Source: a virus
Virus record (IMG/VR): IMGVR_UViG_3300012013_001209
Length of the DNA: 34,138 nt
Direction: 5' to 3' (one strand)
The number at the start of each line of letters is the position of its first letter. The first letter of the stretch is position 1. The position numbers and the translations under genes are program-made. Below, in pieces: positions 1 to 10,500 of this stretch. The notes below the pieces were generated by a model. The model was not told the DNA's origin, searched no databases, and was given only the letters and a program-made list of their open reading frames with translations.

Positions 1-2657
1 ACCCGATACTGCGCGCCGCCGACGGGCTCCTTGTAAAAGATGAAACCGAACTCCCTGAGCTGCCTCAGGTATTTTTTGACCGTCGGCTTTGTCACCGGAA
101 ACGCGGACATCAATGCTCCGTCTTCGATCGTGAAATTTCCAGATGCCACGTCCTTGGCTCCGAATCGGTTCACCACTTCCCGCAGAATCTCGAAATTCAC
201 ATATTGCACGTGCGACTCATCTGGCGCGTTGAGGAACCGGAACGTGTGCATGGACACATCGCTGCGCGCAGACTGAATGACGCTCGCAGCAAACATACTC
301 TGAATGCACGCTCCCAGAAACTGCGGTTTCACTCCGGACAATTTCGACATCGTGGCATAATCGGTCCGCGCCACACCGTCCGACGACTTCAGATGATTCA
401 GGGTCTGGTGCAGTCTGCGAATATCTTCCTCCGTGGCGAACTTCATCCGCAGAAAGAACTCCTGAGTGCTGAGCCCCTTCTTCGTGAAAAACGTGTGACA
501 GTAGGAGTCCTTCCAGTCACGCCCGGCGCGTCCCACCTCCTGAGAGAGCGACTCGATCGACCCTGGAATATCGTGATGAATCAGCACTCGAATATCCCCT
601 TTGTCCACGCCCATACCGAATGCGTTTGTCGCCACCAGAATCGGCAGACGTCCGGACATGAAGTCGTCGAGGATCTGCGGTTTCTTGCTGTCACTCAGAT
701 CGCCGTGATAAACTCCGATCTCCTGCTGCATGGTCATCTGCAGATAATTCGCCACCTGGACGACTCCGTTCGAGGCCGACGGGTTGATCGTGGAGCAGTA
801 AACGAGCGCAGTGCCATCGCCTCGGTGTTTGTCGATCAACGCAGAGATCTCCGACAAATCCGTCAGCGTCGAGCTGTGGAGTTTCAGATTCGGCCTCGGG
901 GTGTAGTGCATCACCTTGTTGGCATTGGCCATTCCAAGCACCCGCCTGATGTCCGCCTCGATCTCCGGCGTGCACGTCGCCGTCAACGCGAGCACCACTT
1001 TTGGAGGATTCTCACGCACGTAATCACCGATGTGCGTGTAATCGTATCGGAAATCCTCGCCCCATTCCGAGATGCAATGTGCTTCGTCGATCACGATCAT
1101 GTCCGGCGGAACAGCCTTCATGGCGTTCTGAAACCACGCATTCTTCATTCGCTCCGGAGCGACGTAAAAGAAATTCAGTGCCCCGGAGATCCACATCTTC
1201 GCCGCCTCGATATTCATGGCGGGGCCTTGCGGCCCTGACATTTGCCCGGCCGGAAAGCCGAACTGATTGTTCAGCTTCTGCACTTGATCACGCATCAACG
1301 CCGTCAGCGGAGAGAAAATTAGAGTTCTCCATCCCAGCGCCATGGTCGGCAGAATGAATGTGGCCGAATTATGCACCACTGTGAAATCTGACAGCAGGAA
1401 CAGCGAGTCCGGTCCGCTGACAGAGAATCCATAATATTTTCCACGACCTGCCGATTCGACGGTGATTCCCACACGCAGCACATCTTTTCGCCGATTAAGA
1501 GTTTTACCGATACGTCGAGGGATGCGGCACGGGATTTCGGATATGTCTCCGTGAATGAACGCGCGGAAGTAGTCGCCTGTAAATCCTCCCTGGCATGACT
1601 TTTCGCAGGGTTTCGAGACCGCCGCCAAGCCCAGTGACCGAGCCAGAAATATGACGTCATTCATCAGCTGTTCTCGCTTCTGTATGAAATCAAATCCGCC
1701 AGGATGTAAATGCCCATCCGCATCCAAAATACCAGCCAGCAATTCCAACCTGACTTTCCGTGAATTATTACGGTAGATAGCTGGAATGTGTTTATCCGTC
1801 CAGACTCCCAACTTCTTCAACGCATTGCGCATCAGATTTGAACCTCCCTTGCATCCACGTTGATCATCCTCCGGTCCTGAAATCGACATCTGAGGACACC
1901 CTGAGTCATTATGCCCGACTCGAACGTGATGCCCCGGCAACGAAGCGCAGTAATCTCTAATTGATTTCTCGACCTCTGGATCTGGCTTCGTGATTTCAGT
2001 TTTTCCAACGCTGCCGTCCCCCAGCCATAATCCCAATATGTAGGGCGGCATATCCTTGAGAATTTTCTTTGCCTCGAACTCCACGCCTACACGCCAGCCT
2101 TTGGCGCAGTGTTTGAATGTCTTATTGCTCGCCAGATAATCTTGCAGCTCAATATTTGCCAAGGCTCCGCTCGCGAATTGTGCGTCACCGCATCTCACAA
2201 GATCCGCACGTCGATTCTTACGCTTCGTGCTAGTAATCTTTAACGAAAGAGTGTGCTGAGAGTTTACAGTATACGGCTCCCCCTTTTTGGGAATCACCCG
2301 CCACAAATTATCTACACCTTCATGTGTAGATGTGACCACTCGAGGATTTGAATCAGGGCCCATGACCATATCCCCAACACGCACCTCCTCGACATATTTC
2401 ACTGTTCCATCAAACATCAAAATACCCGTCCCTGCGGAGAAGCACTTACCTACGGATGTCGGGAGAATCCCGATCGTGTCACGGCGTGTCATGATGCTGA
2501 CCACAATCTTCTCCTGCCCAGGCCGGAGACTGGTGTATCCCATCTTTTTCATGAACACTGGGAGTTTCTCCTGCCCGCGTATGAACAATTCCCCGTCGAT
2601 CTTGCTGTTCCGGTCAGGGAACCTTATGGCTGTGTAATCCGTGCTGTCAGTTTGCAT
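1..2657 (-). CDS. recQ: RecQ-family ATP-dependent DNA helicase, intein-containing; 3' end runs off the left edge
   Basis: Manual translation (absent from the ORF track because there is no stop in the window). Motifs: GYTSLRPGQE, LPTSVGK|S (split by intein), FSPLTALMRDQV, YVAPER, IDEAHCISEWGEDFR, ALTATCT, YHG, VATNAFGMGVDKGDIR, QEVGRAGRD. ATG at 2657; a downstream Met start is possible. Confidence 0.93.
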   Translation of the reverse strand, partial: MQTDSTDYTAIRFPDRNSKIDGELFIRGQEKLPVFMKKMGYTSLRPGQEKIVVSIMTRRDTIGILPTSVGKCFSAGTGILMFDGTVKYVEEVRVGDMVMGPDSNPRVVTSTHEGVDNLWRVIPKKGEPYTVNSQHTLSLKITSTKRKNRRADLVRCGDAQFASGALANIELQDYLASNKTFKHCAKGWRVGVEFEAKKILKDMPPYILGLWLGDGSVGKTEITKPDPEVEKSIRDYCASLPGHHVRVGHNDSGCPQMSISGPEDDQRGCKGGSNLMRNALKKLGVWTDKHIPAIYRNNSRKVRLELLAGILDADGHLHPGGFDFIQKREQLMNDVIFLARSLGLAAVSKPCEKSCQGGFTGDYFRAFIHGDISEIPCRIPRRIGKTLNRRKDVLRVGITVESAGRGKYYGFSVSGPDSLFLLSDFTVVHNSATFILPTMALGWRTLIFSPLTALMRDQVQKLNNQFGFPAGQMSGPQGPAMNIEAAKMWISGALNFFYVAPERMKNAWFQNAMKAVPPDMIVIDEAHCISEWGEDFRYDYTHIGDYVRENPPKVVLALTATCTPEIEADIRRVLGMANANKVMHYTPRPNLKLHSSTLTDLSEISALIDKHRGDGTALVYCSTINPSASNGVVQVANYLQMTMQQEIGVYHGDLSDSKKPQILDDFMSGRLPILVATNAFGMGVDKGDIRVLIHHDIPGSIESLSQEVGRAGRDWKDSYCHTFFTKKGLSTQEFFLRMKFATEEDIRRLHQTLNHLKSSDGVARTDYATMSKLSGVKPQFLGACIQSMFAASVIQSARSDVSMHTFRFLNAPDESHVQYVNFEILREVVNRFGAKDVASGNFTIEDGALMSAFPVTKPTVKKYLRQLREFGFIFYKEPVGGAQYR
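1368..2444 (-). mobile_element. Intein (359 aa) with LAGLIDADG homing endonuclease, inserted in the RecQ Walker A motif
   Basis: In-frame insert starting CFSAGTGILMFDG after ...SVGK and ending ...FTVVHN followed by Ser. Block B-like TVNSQH; endonuclease motifs PYILGLWLGDG and LELLAGILDADG; visibly more AT-rich than the flanks. Confidence 0.95.
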
Positions 2658-3172
2658 AGTGTGCTAGTTATCCCTGTGTTGCTGTAATCCTGATCGTTGT
2701 CCTCCCCCATTATTTTCCGGAGCCGTTCTGGGGAGAACGCCACCCGCTCCGCGTAGGTGATAATCGCAGGCGCGTTAACCACCTCCACCAGGTCATTGAA
2801 AGCCAGGATTGGATCTGTGGCAAATCTTCTGACCGGCCACGGATTCGACCGCAGATTCTCGAACGTCATCAGACGTTGCACCATGCTCTTGCAGTGGACG
2901 GAATGCACCGTCTTCGGGAGGCCTGGCGTCTGGCAGAATTTACTGAGACAACCTCTGGTTATGTCTACCAATTCCCGAAATGACGCAGCCTCTCCCTCAA
3001 GGAGCGGCAATGCGCAGCCGGATGTGGCACTCATAATTTGAACGCGGAATTGGCGGTCCTCCTCGAACACCCACGGGGAATTGGTGAATTTCAATTTCCC
3101 GTCATCGCCTGTGTGCAAATAAGCCAGCACCAGATGGTGACTCATTTCTTGCTGCGAAAGGCCGCGACTCAT
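2624..3172 (-). CDS. Hypothetical protein
   Basis: ORF in operon orientation; ATG at 3172 overlaps the upstream stop (ATGA). No motif recognised. Confidence 0.6.
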   Translation of the reverse strand: MSRGLSQQEMSHHLVLAYLHTGDDGKLKFTNSPWVFEEDRQFRVQIMSATSGCALPLLEGEAASFRELVDITRGCLSKFCQTPGLPKTVHSVHCKSMVQRLMTFENLRSNPWPVRRFATDPILAFNDLVEVVNAPAIITYAERVAFSPERLRKIMGEDNDQDYSNTGITSTLCKLTARITQP

Positions 3173-3591
3173 TTCTTGTTGCAAAATGCCGCGAAGGTCA
3201 GCCCCTTCGGAAACTCCACCAGCACATACGCGACATCGTCCGCCTCATTGAACACCCCTCGATAATTATTGAACTCCGGCAATTGCACTTTGTCCCGATT
3301 GACCACCAGCCAACTGCGGCTCGCCAACACCGGCGCCACGCCGACGACCTGGATAATGTCCATCTCGCGCAGACCGCGGACACCATGCACAGGCTTGTCA
3401 TAAAGTCGATAAACACCGAACAGCGACACCGCTTCCCTCGCGGGCGTCAGCCCGCGCACCGACTGATAATGGCTGGCATCCAGAAAGGAGAATCCCTTCA
3501 GCGCCGGCGCATCGTCAAGCCGATGCAGAATCTCATACCACGTGCGTTTCTTTGTTTCTGCTGATTTTGGTTTGTTTGAATCTGAGCTCAT
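3169..3591 (-). CDS. Hypothetical protein
   Basis: ATG at 3591 (MSSDSNK...) overlaps the upstream stop (ATGA); operon orientation. Confidence 0.65.
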   Translation of the reverse strand: MSSDSNKPKSAETKKRTWYEILHRLDDAPALKGFSFLDASHYQSVRGLTPAREAVSLFGVYRLYDKPVHGVRGLREMDIIQVVGVAPVLASRSWLVVNRDKVQLPEFNNYRGVFNEADDVAYVLVEFPKGLTFAAFCNKK

Positions 3592-4016
3592 TTGAAGAAT
3601 CCGGTGAAACTGAATGCTGCGAATATCATCCCCTTTTCCCTGCTCGGCGTGACCATCACTTTCGGATGACGCATGCAGCCGAGCCATGGCGCGATCGATT
3701 CAGCAGACACCGCGAGCTTCCTCACGATGTAGATGCTGTCTGGCAGGGGGAGTCCAGGGTCAGCGATCATGACGTATTTGCCCTGGAATTGCGAGAACAG
3801 TCTCTCGAAGCCTACAGACACCTTCGGCTGGGTCACGAACTCGTGCAGCATCTTCACGTCCTCTATACACAAATCCATCAGCGCCGGGGAAAATGGCAGA
3901 CTGTAGTGATCCCCGGATGCTGGCATCGCCCGCAAATAATCCTCTGTGGTTTCATGCCCTCCAATTTCCCTCTTGAATAACGCCTTCAACGACGTTCTGA
4001 TTTTAGCCGACAGCAT
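3588..4016 (-). CDS. Hypothetical protein
   Basis: 142-aa ORF overlapping the recA 3' end and coupled to the next gene. Confidence 0.65.
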   Translation of the reverse strand: MLSAKIRTSLKALFKREIGGHETTEDYLRAMPASGDHYSLPFSPALMDLCIEDVKMLHEFVTQPKVSVGFERLFSQFQGKYVMIADPGLPLPDSIYIVRKLAVSAESIAPWLGCMRHPKVMVTPSREKGMIFAAFSFTGFFK

Positions 4017-5550
4017 CAGGTTGTTCCTCCTGTGAATTGTTTTCCTCCGTCATCTCTTCTTCCTGCTCCACCACAATCTGCGGTGTGACGCCAGCCGGCA
4101 ATTGCAGCAGCTTCGGGTCATCCGCCACTGCCTTCTTCACCTCGCGCACGACGTCGTAATATCCGTCGATTTTCAGCAATCGTCCGATGGTCGGAAAATA
4201 CTGACACGACTCAGATTTCAGCGCCGCGACCACGGCTTCCACAGACTGCCCATACATATTCAGCGAGGGGCAGTGCCACAGTCCGTTGTCATACTTCAGA
4301 TCTGGGATCAATTTTTCCTTCGCCAGCCAGAACAGCATCTCCCTGTCCATATACATCGCCGGAGAGAGATAATCCGCACGGTCCATCGGATATTGCGTGA
4401 ATATCTCGTAACTACGAATCGTGTCGCCTGGTCCGAACGAATTCTTGTGCAGCCGCATTCGATTGCGGTGCCCGATGATCCCACCATTGCTGTCCTTGAT
4501 GTCCGAACCCCGCGACAGAATCACAATGTAAGAAGCATTCTGATCCGCGGCATTTCCACCGATGCACACGTCGTTGAACAGTGCCTTGTATTCTTCGGGA
4601 ATGAATGCGGACATCCCGTTGCCGGCCATGTCGATCTTGTCGTTCTGCTGATGGGAGCAAATGAACGTGGCGTTGTATTGCGCACACATTGCCGGCACTT
4701 TTCTCATGAACTCGTGCTGGAATTTGGCGAACCCCAAATTGGATCCAGTGCCGATTTCCTTTTTCGTCGCCTCCTTCTTCTTGTCCTTGCCTTTTTTGCC
4801 CTTCTTCCCGGCGGCTTCAGCCTCTTCCTTTTCCGTATCACGCCCCGCCATGTTCATGTAGTTCTTGTAGGCGTAAACATCGACGGCTTCAGCCGGGGTC
4901 ATCAATTTGCTCAGCGGATCCACGAAGATGAAGATCGGCTGCCGCATGTTCAGAAACACGGATTTGCCTCCGCGCACTGTCACGCCACGGGCGGCCTTCA
5001 GGAACTCCTCAATCGTCTCCACCATTTCGTCCAGCGTGTAGGCATGCTTAAACGCAAGACGCTGACGGTGGATTTGCTCCGCAATAATCGGGTTGGTGGA
5101 AATGTGCCGCCAGCGTTGCAGCACTGTGTGCGATTTATTCTCCGTATCGATGTGCAGGCCGAAACCATTGGTCTTCTGAATCAGATACGACATCAGGGTC
5201 ATCCCGAACGTCGTCTTCCCTACCCCAGTGCCGCCGATGATATTCATCCACGTCTGCCGGTGAATCCCGATGCACCCGAAAAAGCTCTGCAGATAAAATG
5301 GGAGCGCATAATACTCCTCACGAATGTCTGACATCGCACAGAACCCGGTCGTCCGATTTTTACGGCCGGACAGGACCGTGTTGGCCAGCGTCGCAATATC
5401 GCTCAGCAGGCTCGTGTTATCCATGAGTCCAATAACCGGCAGTTCCCTGACTGCCGTGGACTTCTTCTCCGCCTTGGCGGCTTTCGCCTTTGGGGCCTTC
5501 TTCGGCGCCTTCTTCGGCGTCGTCTTTTTCTTGGTTGGTTTTTTGGTCAT
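4003..5550 (-). CDS. recA: RecA/UvsX-like recombinase
   Basis: Walker A GGTGVGKTT, IDTENK (catalytic Glu), Walker B IFIFVDPLSKL, FICSHQ, GGNA..QNAS, RLHKNSF. Likely ATG at 5550. Confidence 0.88.
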   Translation of the reverse strand: MTKKPTKKKTTPKKAPKKAPKAKAAKAEKKSTAVRELPVIGLMDNTSLLSDIATLANTVLSGRKNRTTGFCAMSDIREEYYALPFYLQSFFGCIGIHRQTWMNIIGGTGVGKTTFGMTLMSYLIQKTNGFGLHIDTENKSHTVLQRWRHISTNPIIAEQIHRQRLAFKHAYTLDEMVETIEEFLKAARGVTVRGGKSVFLNMRQPIFIFVDPLSKLMTPAEAVDVYAYKNYMNMAGRDTEKEEAEAAGKKGKKGKDKKKEATKKEIGTGSNLGFAKFQHEFMRKVPAMCAQYNATFICSHQQNDKIDMAGNGMSAFIPEEYKALFNDVCIGGNAADQNASYIVILSRGSDIKDSNGGIIGHRNRMRLHKNSFGPGDTIRSYEIFTQYPMDRADYLSPAMYMDREMLFWLAKEKLIPDLKYDNGLWHCPSLNMYGQSVEAVVAALKSESCQYFPTIGRLLKIDGYYDVVREVKKAVADDPKLLQLPAGVTPQIVVEQEEEMTEENNSQEEQPDAVG

Positions 5551-5566
5551 TAAAGGGGCGGCCAAA

Positions 5567-5594
5567 CACCCCCGGGAATTTACTCCCGGGGGTG
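5567..5594 (-). terminator. Intergenic GC-rich hairpin (terminator or processing site) between the putative SSB and recA
   Basis: CACCCCCGGGA / TCCCGGGGGTG 11-bp stem with 6-nt loop; only a short TTT tract follows on the minus strand. Confidence 0.5.
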
Positions 5595-5611
5595 CCTGAC
5601 CTGATTTCAGT

Positions 5612-7435
5612 TTACGCTACGACTTGCCCGCAAGTGCGAGCCCGTGCCGACAGGATCACATACCGCATGGTCGAGGTCTGCTCCATGACCTCGTTACGGC
5701 TCAGGATCATTTCCATCGCCTTCAGCTCTTCCATCTCGGCCGGTGTCAGAGGCTGCGCTCCGCCACCTTGCGGCGCCGCAGTCATGTTCCCCGCCGTCGG
5801 CACTTCAGGATTCGCCTGCGCAGGCGGCTGGAACGAGGCTGCGGCCGCCTGGGGCTGTGCCTGCTGCGTTACCCGCAACCTCGTCGTCCCCGGATCGAAA
5901 TCGAACGACGAGGTAGACTGAGTTGCGGCCTGAGACACCTGCCCGCGCGACACATCTGCCGCTGGCTGCGGAAGAAACTGCGCGAGCGGCTTCCACTGCC
6001 CACCAGTCAGCGCTTCATTCGCCACGAGCACCGTTGCGTCGACGTTGAATTGCGCCAGCCGGCTCTGCGGAACCGCTTCCGGATGCGGCTGATTATTCAC
6101 CAGCACCCAGAACGCAGGTTCCGGCGGCGGGGGCGCAGCCTGCGGGATCGGAGGCATTGCGCCTGTCGCCTGAGGAAGCGGAGGCATCGCACCGACTCCA
6201 GGGCCGGCGGTCGGCTGGCTGAAGGACGCAGCCGCGGTCGGCTGAGCAAATGTAGGAACAGACGGCTGCCCGCCGTCATGCGGTTGACCAGTTGGCGCGC
6301 TGCCGAATGCAGGAGCTGCCGATTGCGGCTCTCCGAACGCTTGCGCGCGCGCGACCTCCCCGGTTGCTGGGAAGTGCGTCGCATTCTTGCGATCGGGAAT
6401 ATCGCACTCGGGACGAATCTCCCGGAGGAATTCCACCGGGATCTCTTTGCTCTCGCGCACCATATTCACGTATTCCTGCTGCGTGGGGATGTTGAACATC
6501 TCGCGTGTGAAACGCGTGCGCGCGGCCAGAACATCGTCACCGACAGGCACGACACGCGCTCCATTGAGCGTGGTCTTGCTTTCGCTGAACACGAACGAGA
6601 ACGGCGTTGTGGCCGACCCCGCCGACTGAACCTGCATGGCCGTGGCCCACAGACCCGTGGAGGGGTTGGTGATGTCGCCGTAAATCGTCTCGGGGAAGTT
6701 GGGATCCCTGGAAACAGAACCGTGCGGTGGCGGATATGCCAGATCGTCAAGCAGAATGCCAAACCCTTGAATGGAGATGGCGACCAGACAATTGCCGGGC
6801 ACCTTCGGATTCTTTTCGTCGGCGCCGTGGCCCCAGAAGTTCATCAGCGCAAACTGCCGCAGGGAGGGAATCCGTGCAGAGGATTGTTTGCCCTGAGGTT
6901 TGTCCAGCCAGTGCTTCCGTTTGTCTGGATCGTTGCGGTAGATCTTCCAGATGTAGTTCTTCAAGTCCTCGAGGACATCTCCGGCGCTTTCGTCTTCAGG
7001 GCGAACGCCGAAAAACGCGAGGGTCTTCGGGCTCACGATGTCGTGCTTCTGATTGAACAGACGGATGCCATACCACGGCAGGAACCATGGCGAAGGCGAG
7101 GGCACGTTGCGCTGTGTGTCCATCTGATCCGGACCCACGCTGCCTGGGCGTCCGACACGATATGGCATCCACGAAATCGCGGCGCGCGGATCGTTCACGG
7201 GAACTCCGGGATGGAAGGCAGGAAGAAGGCGACCTGCCATGTAATATTTCTCACCAGGGAACTGGATGCGGCGTCCTGATGTGAGGAACTGATGACCTCC
7301 GCTGAAGGAGGACTCGACCTGTTTGGTCACTGTGTCATACGAACTCACTCCCGTGTAAACGGGCTTGTAGGACGACTTCGACGGGGCTGCTGCTGCGGGG
7401 GCTTCACCGAAGCCTGGGACTGTTGAACTGATCAT
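5612..7435 (-). CDS. Putative ssDNA-binding/replication accessory protein with Pro/Ala/Gln-rich linker and GYF_2-like domain
   Basis: Lies between DNA polymerase and recA (function inferred from context only). FWVLVNNQPHPEAV...TVLVANEALTGGQWKPLAQFLP resembles GYF_2/DUF4339. ATG at 7435 follows an A/C-rich leader. Confidence 0.55.
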   Translation of the reverse strand: MISSTVPGFGEAPAAAAPSKSSYKPVYTGVSSYDTVTKQVESSFSGGHQFLTSGRRIQFPGEKYYMAGRLLPAFHPGVPVNDPRAAISWMPYRVGRPGSVGPDQMDTQRNVPSPSPWFLPWYGIRLFNQKHDIVSPKTLAFFGVRPEDESAGDVLEDLKNYIWKIYRNDPDKRKHWLDKPQGKQSSARIPSLRQFALMNFWGHGADEKNPKVPGNCLVAISIQGFGILLDDLAYPPPHGSVSRDPNFPETIYGDITNPSTGLWATAMQVQSAGSATTPFSFVFSESKTTLNGARVVPVGDDVLAARTRFTREMFNIPTQQEYVNMVRESKEIPVEFLREIRPECDIPDRKNATHFPATGEVARAQAFGEPQSAAPAFGSAPTGQPHDGGQPSVPTFAQPTAAASFSQPTAGPGVGAMPPLPQATGAMPPIPQAAPPPPEPAFWVLVNNQPHPEAVPQSRLAQFNVDATVLVANEALTGGQWKPLAQFLPQPAADVSRGQVSQAATQSTSSFDFDPGTTRLRVTQQAQPQAAAASFQPPAQANPEVPTAGNMTAAPQGGGAQPLTPAEMEELKAMEMILSRNEVMEQTSTMRYVILSARARTCGQVVA

Positions 7436-7584
7436 GTTGTTGTTTTTGGTTTTTGGGTTGTTGTTGTTAAGCGCCACGCTGACTGAATGAGACTAGCTCG
7501 GTGTCGATGGCGGCGCGTATTCTCGTCGTGATTCTCTCGCTGGAAAGTGGAAAATACTTATTTTTTCCATATCGCAGTTTTCTC

Positions 7585-10500
7585 TCAAATGGCACGGATC
7601 GTGCCTGGGTCTGAGGCCCATTCCGTGTCGTCCAGTTTCTTCGCCATCTCCTTCGTCGGCTTCGCTGACCAGGCCGTGCAGAAATCGGATTCAATGGTAT
7701 AATTCCATTCCCTCCCGTGGTCGTGCCACACATTCAAATCTGTCAGATATTTCTGATGCAGTTCCTTCATAATCCATCGCTCCTCCACTGGCGATAAACT
7801 GACAATTGAGTCATACAAGCAAATCATCGGCGACCCATACATCCTACTCACGCGAGTGTGCGTCAATAACCAATCGCCGCCGCGAATTGCCGTCGCTGCC
7901 ACTGAGTGCTGCATAGGGAAATTACGTGCCTGTCTTCCGAGACTTCCGGCAATTGTGTCAATATCCCTCTCCTTCAATCCTCGCACGCCGTCGCCGTGCA
8001 TTATGAACCGCCGCTTGGCTCCGGACTCGTGCTGATAATATCCGGTAGTTTTCGGCAGCTTCGCCAATTCCTCCAAATATTCCGTGGCGACTGGTTGTCG
8101 CGCTCTGAGTGCTTCCAGAATTTTATCACCGGTGCCAGGTTCCATTATTTTTCCGGTCTCCGCTCGACCTTTTCTTTCCAGAGATTTACCAGAGGCACCG
8201 TATATGCTGGAGAAATTTCCTGTCTTCCCGACACCAGTTCTTTGAATATCCGAATCAAACAATTCCCGAGGCGCCAGAAATACCCATTCGACCAAACTCC
8301 AATGCAAATCATGCGGCGGATGAACCAATTCTCCCACGTCATTCCTCAACAAATCATCCATCGTAAATTCCCCAAGGACTTTATTATTCACCACCGCCTT
8401 CATGAGGAATTTCTGATCCCGATGATCCTCGGGAATGCCGCAGTCGTCCGCATACTTCAAACGCACGCGGAGTTTTGACTTCGACTTGTCTTTCGGAATT
8501 CCAAACTGCGTGTCCGCCTCGGTGAGCAATTTGATGAGCATCGCATCGCCTGACTGGAATCCCAGACCGCGCAATTCCGCCGTGACGTAATCCGTTTCGG
8601 TGAAACACCAACCCTGTGATCCAGGCAGTGGTGGCAGCTCCGCCACGTCCACCACCGAGCGCAAACTGGGAATATTATTGACGTCGAGATATTTCTCGAA
8701 TTGCACCGGCAGTGTTCCGCGGTCCTTTTCCTTTTTCAGCACCAGCGCCAGCGCCCGTTTAATGCCCGTGAAAACGAATTTCGGCCAATTTAGTGGATTC
8801 GGCTGCCATCCCCTGGGCCTCCACGTTTCAGTGGCCGAGTACATCCCGTGAATCTTGCCATCAGACGCAATCCAGTAATGCAGTCCATTCTCCTTCACCA
8901 ATTCGCCCTCGTCATCCAAGTCGGCCGGCTTCAAGAATGCCTTGCAAACATTCGCCACCGCCATGACGTCGAGGAGTTTGATGAGCATCCTGTCCTGCGT
9001 TTCATCCCCAAGCATTTTAATACTCTGCTTGTCCGCCGCCGGCTTGTAGAGATGCGCAAGGTGAGGAGCCTTCGCAATAATACGCTCCACCGAATCCCAC
9101 GGCATTGAGGGACGACCCTTCTCCTTGTTGTTCGTGGATTTGATCGGCCGGAATCGGCGGACCTGGAAGAGCCATCGGGATTTCTGATCCGAGGATGCGA
9201 TCTTGAAATTCGGAGCGTCCAGGAAGTGTTCCATCACTGGTAATGCCTTCAGGAGTTTGGCCGGGCCGACGAACGCCTTGAAGATCTCGAGCGCACGCAT
9301 CCCTGCTCCCTCTTCCGTCATGCATCGCAAGATCTCCTGATACGTGCGTTGTCCAGCCAGCAAGTCTTCGGGAGGTGCTGCGAGCATCAGTTCCCGGATG
9401 AGCAGGATTTTCGACTCTGCCACGATGTCCTCCACGAAATCCTTTTCGAGCAGCACGCGTGCGTAGGAATACAATTCGCGCAGGGTGTCGATCTTCGACC
9501 GGTTGATCGGCAGTCCGTTGATGGCAAAATGCGTGAAGATGTTTCCGACCAGGGGATTCACGAAATTGGTGTAGAAATTCCACACGTCATCCAGACGCAT
9601 CCGCTCCTTCATCACCGGCATTGCCATCATTGGTACGATCACGTCGTTCAATGCGTAGGGGATCAGGATTGCATCGGGGATGTAGAGGTATCCCGTCTCT
9701 TTGGTGACGAGCGCTTTGTTTTCCGAAACCCAGCGGACGAGGTCTCCATCGTAGCGCCCTTTGCGCGTGTATTTGAGGGAGATGCGTTCCAAACCGAACT
9801 CCGCATTCTCGTTGATGCACTGCTCCGCGAACTCCGTGTCGAACAGCGTCTTGTTGAACCACTGAAGTCCGAACCAGTGGTGCATCACCGGCAAATCCGC
9901 GGAGATGTGGGCGCCGACGTATTTCACCTTTGGGTTGTCAAGGTGCGGGGACAGAATTTTTCCAACTGTCCCGTAGTCCGCATCGAACACGTAATTGCCC
10001 TGGTCATCCATCAGGCGGATGTAACGCGCCGCGATCGTCCCGTCCGGCCGGAACCATGAGAGTTGCAGCGACCGGATCTTGGCATCGAGGAAATTAATCC
10101 CGCCGAATTCCGTATCCGGGCACATGGTGAAAGCCTGCTCGTCGATCAGTGTCTGGGTCAGTTCCTTCAGCTGCTGCGAGTTGGTGATGATGCCCGTGTC
10201 CTCCTTCACCTTCTCCGACACCACTCCGCGCAATTCATCCAGCATGAATCGCAGCTCCGTCAGGTTGATCCGGAATATTTCCACATACTCCGGCTTCCAC
10301 ACGGGAAGGTTGACGTCCGGCATCACGAAGACGCGAGCATCATACTTCTCGGAATAAAACCAGCAGGCTTCGATTTGATCGAACCGGATTTTCTGATCCA
10401 CGACCGCCTCAAATGCTGGCTTGCCGAAGGTCACGATGATCTTCGGTCCGATGCGTTGAATCTCCTCCTCCAAAATCGGGAGACAATTCTCGATATCGGG

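Noticed and set aside
1040-1080. Suspected frameshift in recQ after the DEAH motif
   Set aside because: Rechecked; the frame is continuous (SEWGEDFRYDY).
204-1238. 344-aa plus-strand ORF
   Set aside because: Antisense shadow of recQ, whose motifs are clear on the minus strand.
5480-5548. Repeats such as GCCTTCTTCGGC
   Set aside because: Explained by the KKAP/KK low-complexity N-terminus of RecA.
4102-7279. Long plus-strand ORFs of 409 and 551 aa
   Set aside because: Antisense shadows of recA and the putative SSB, expected from GC-rich codon bias; no motifs.
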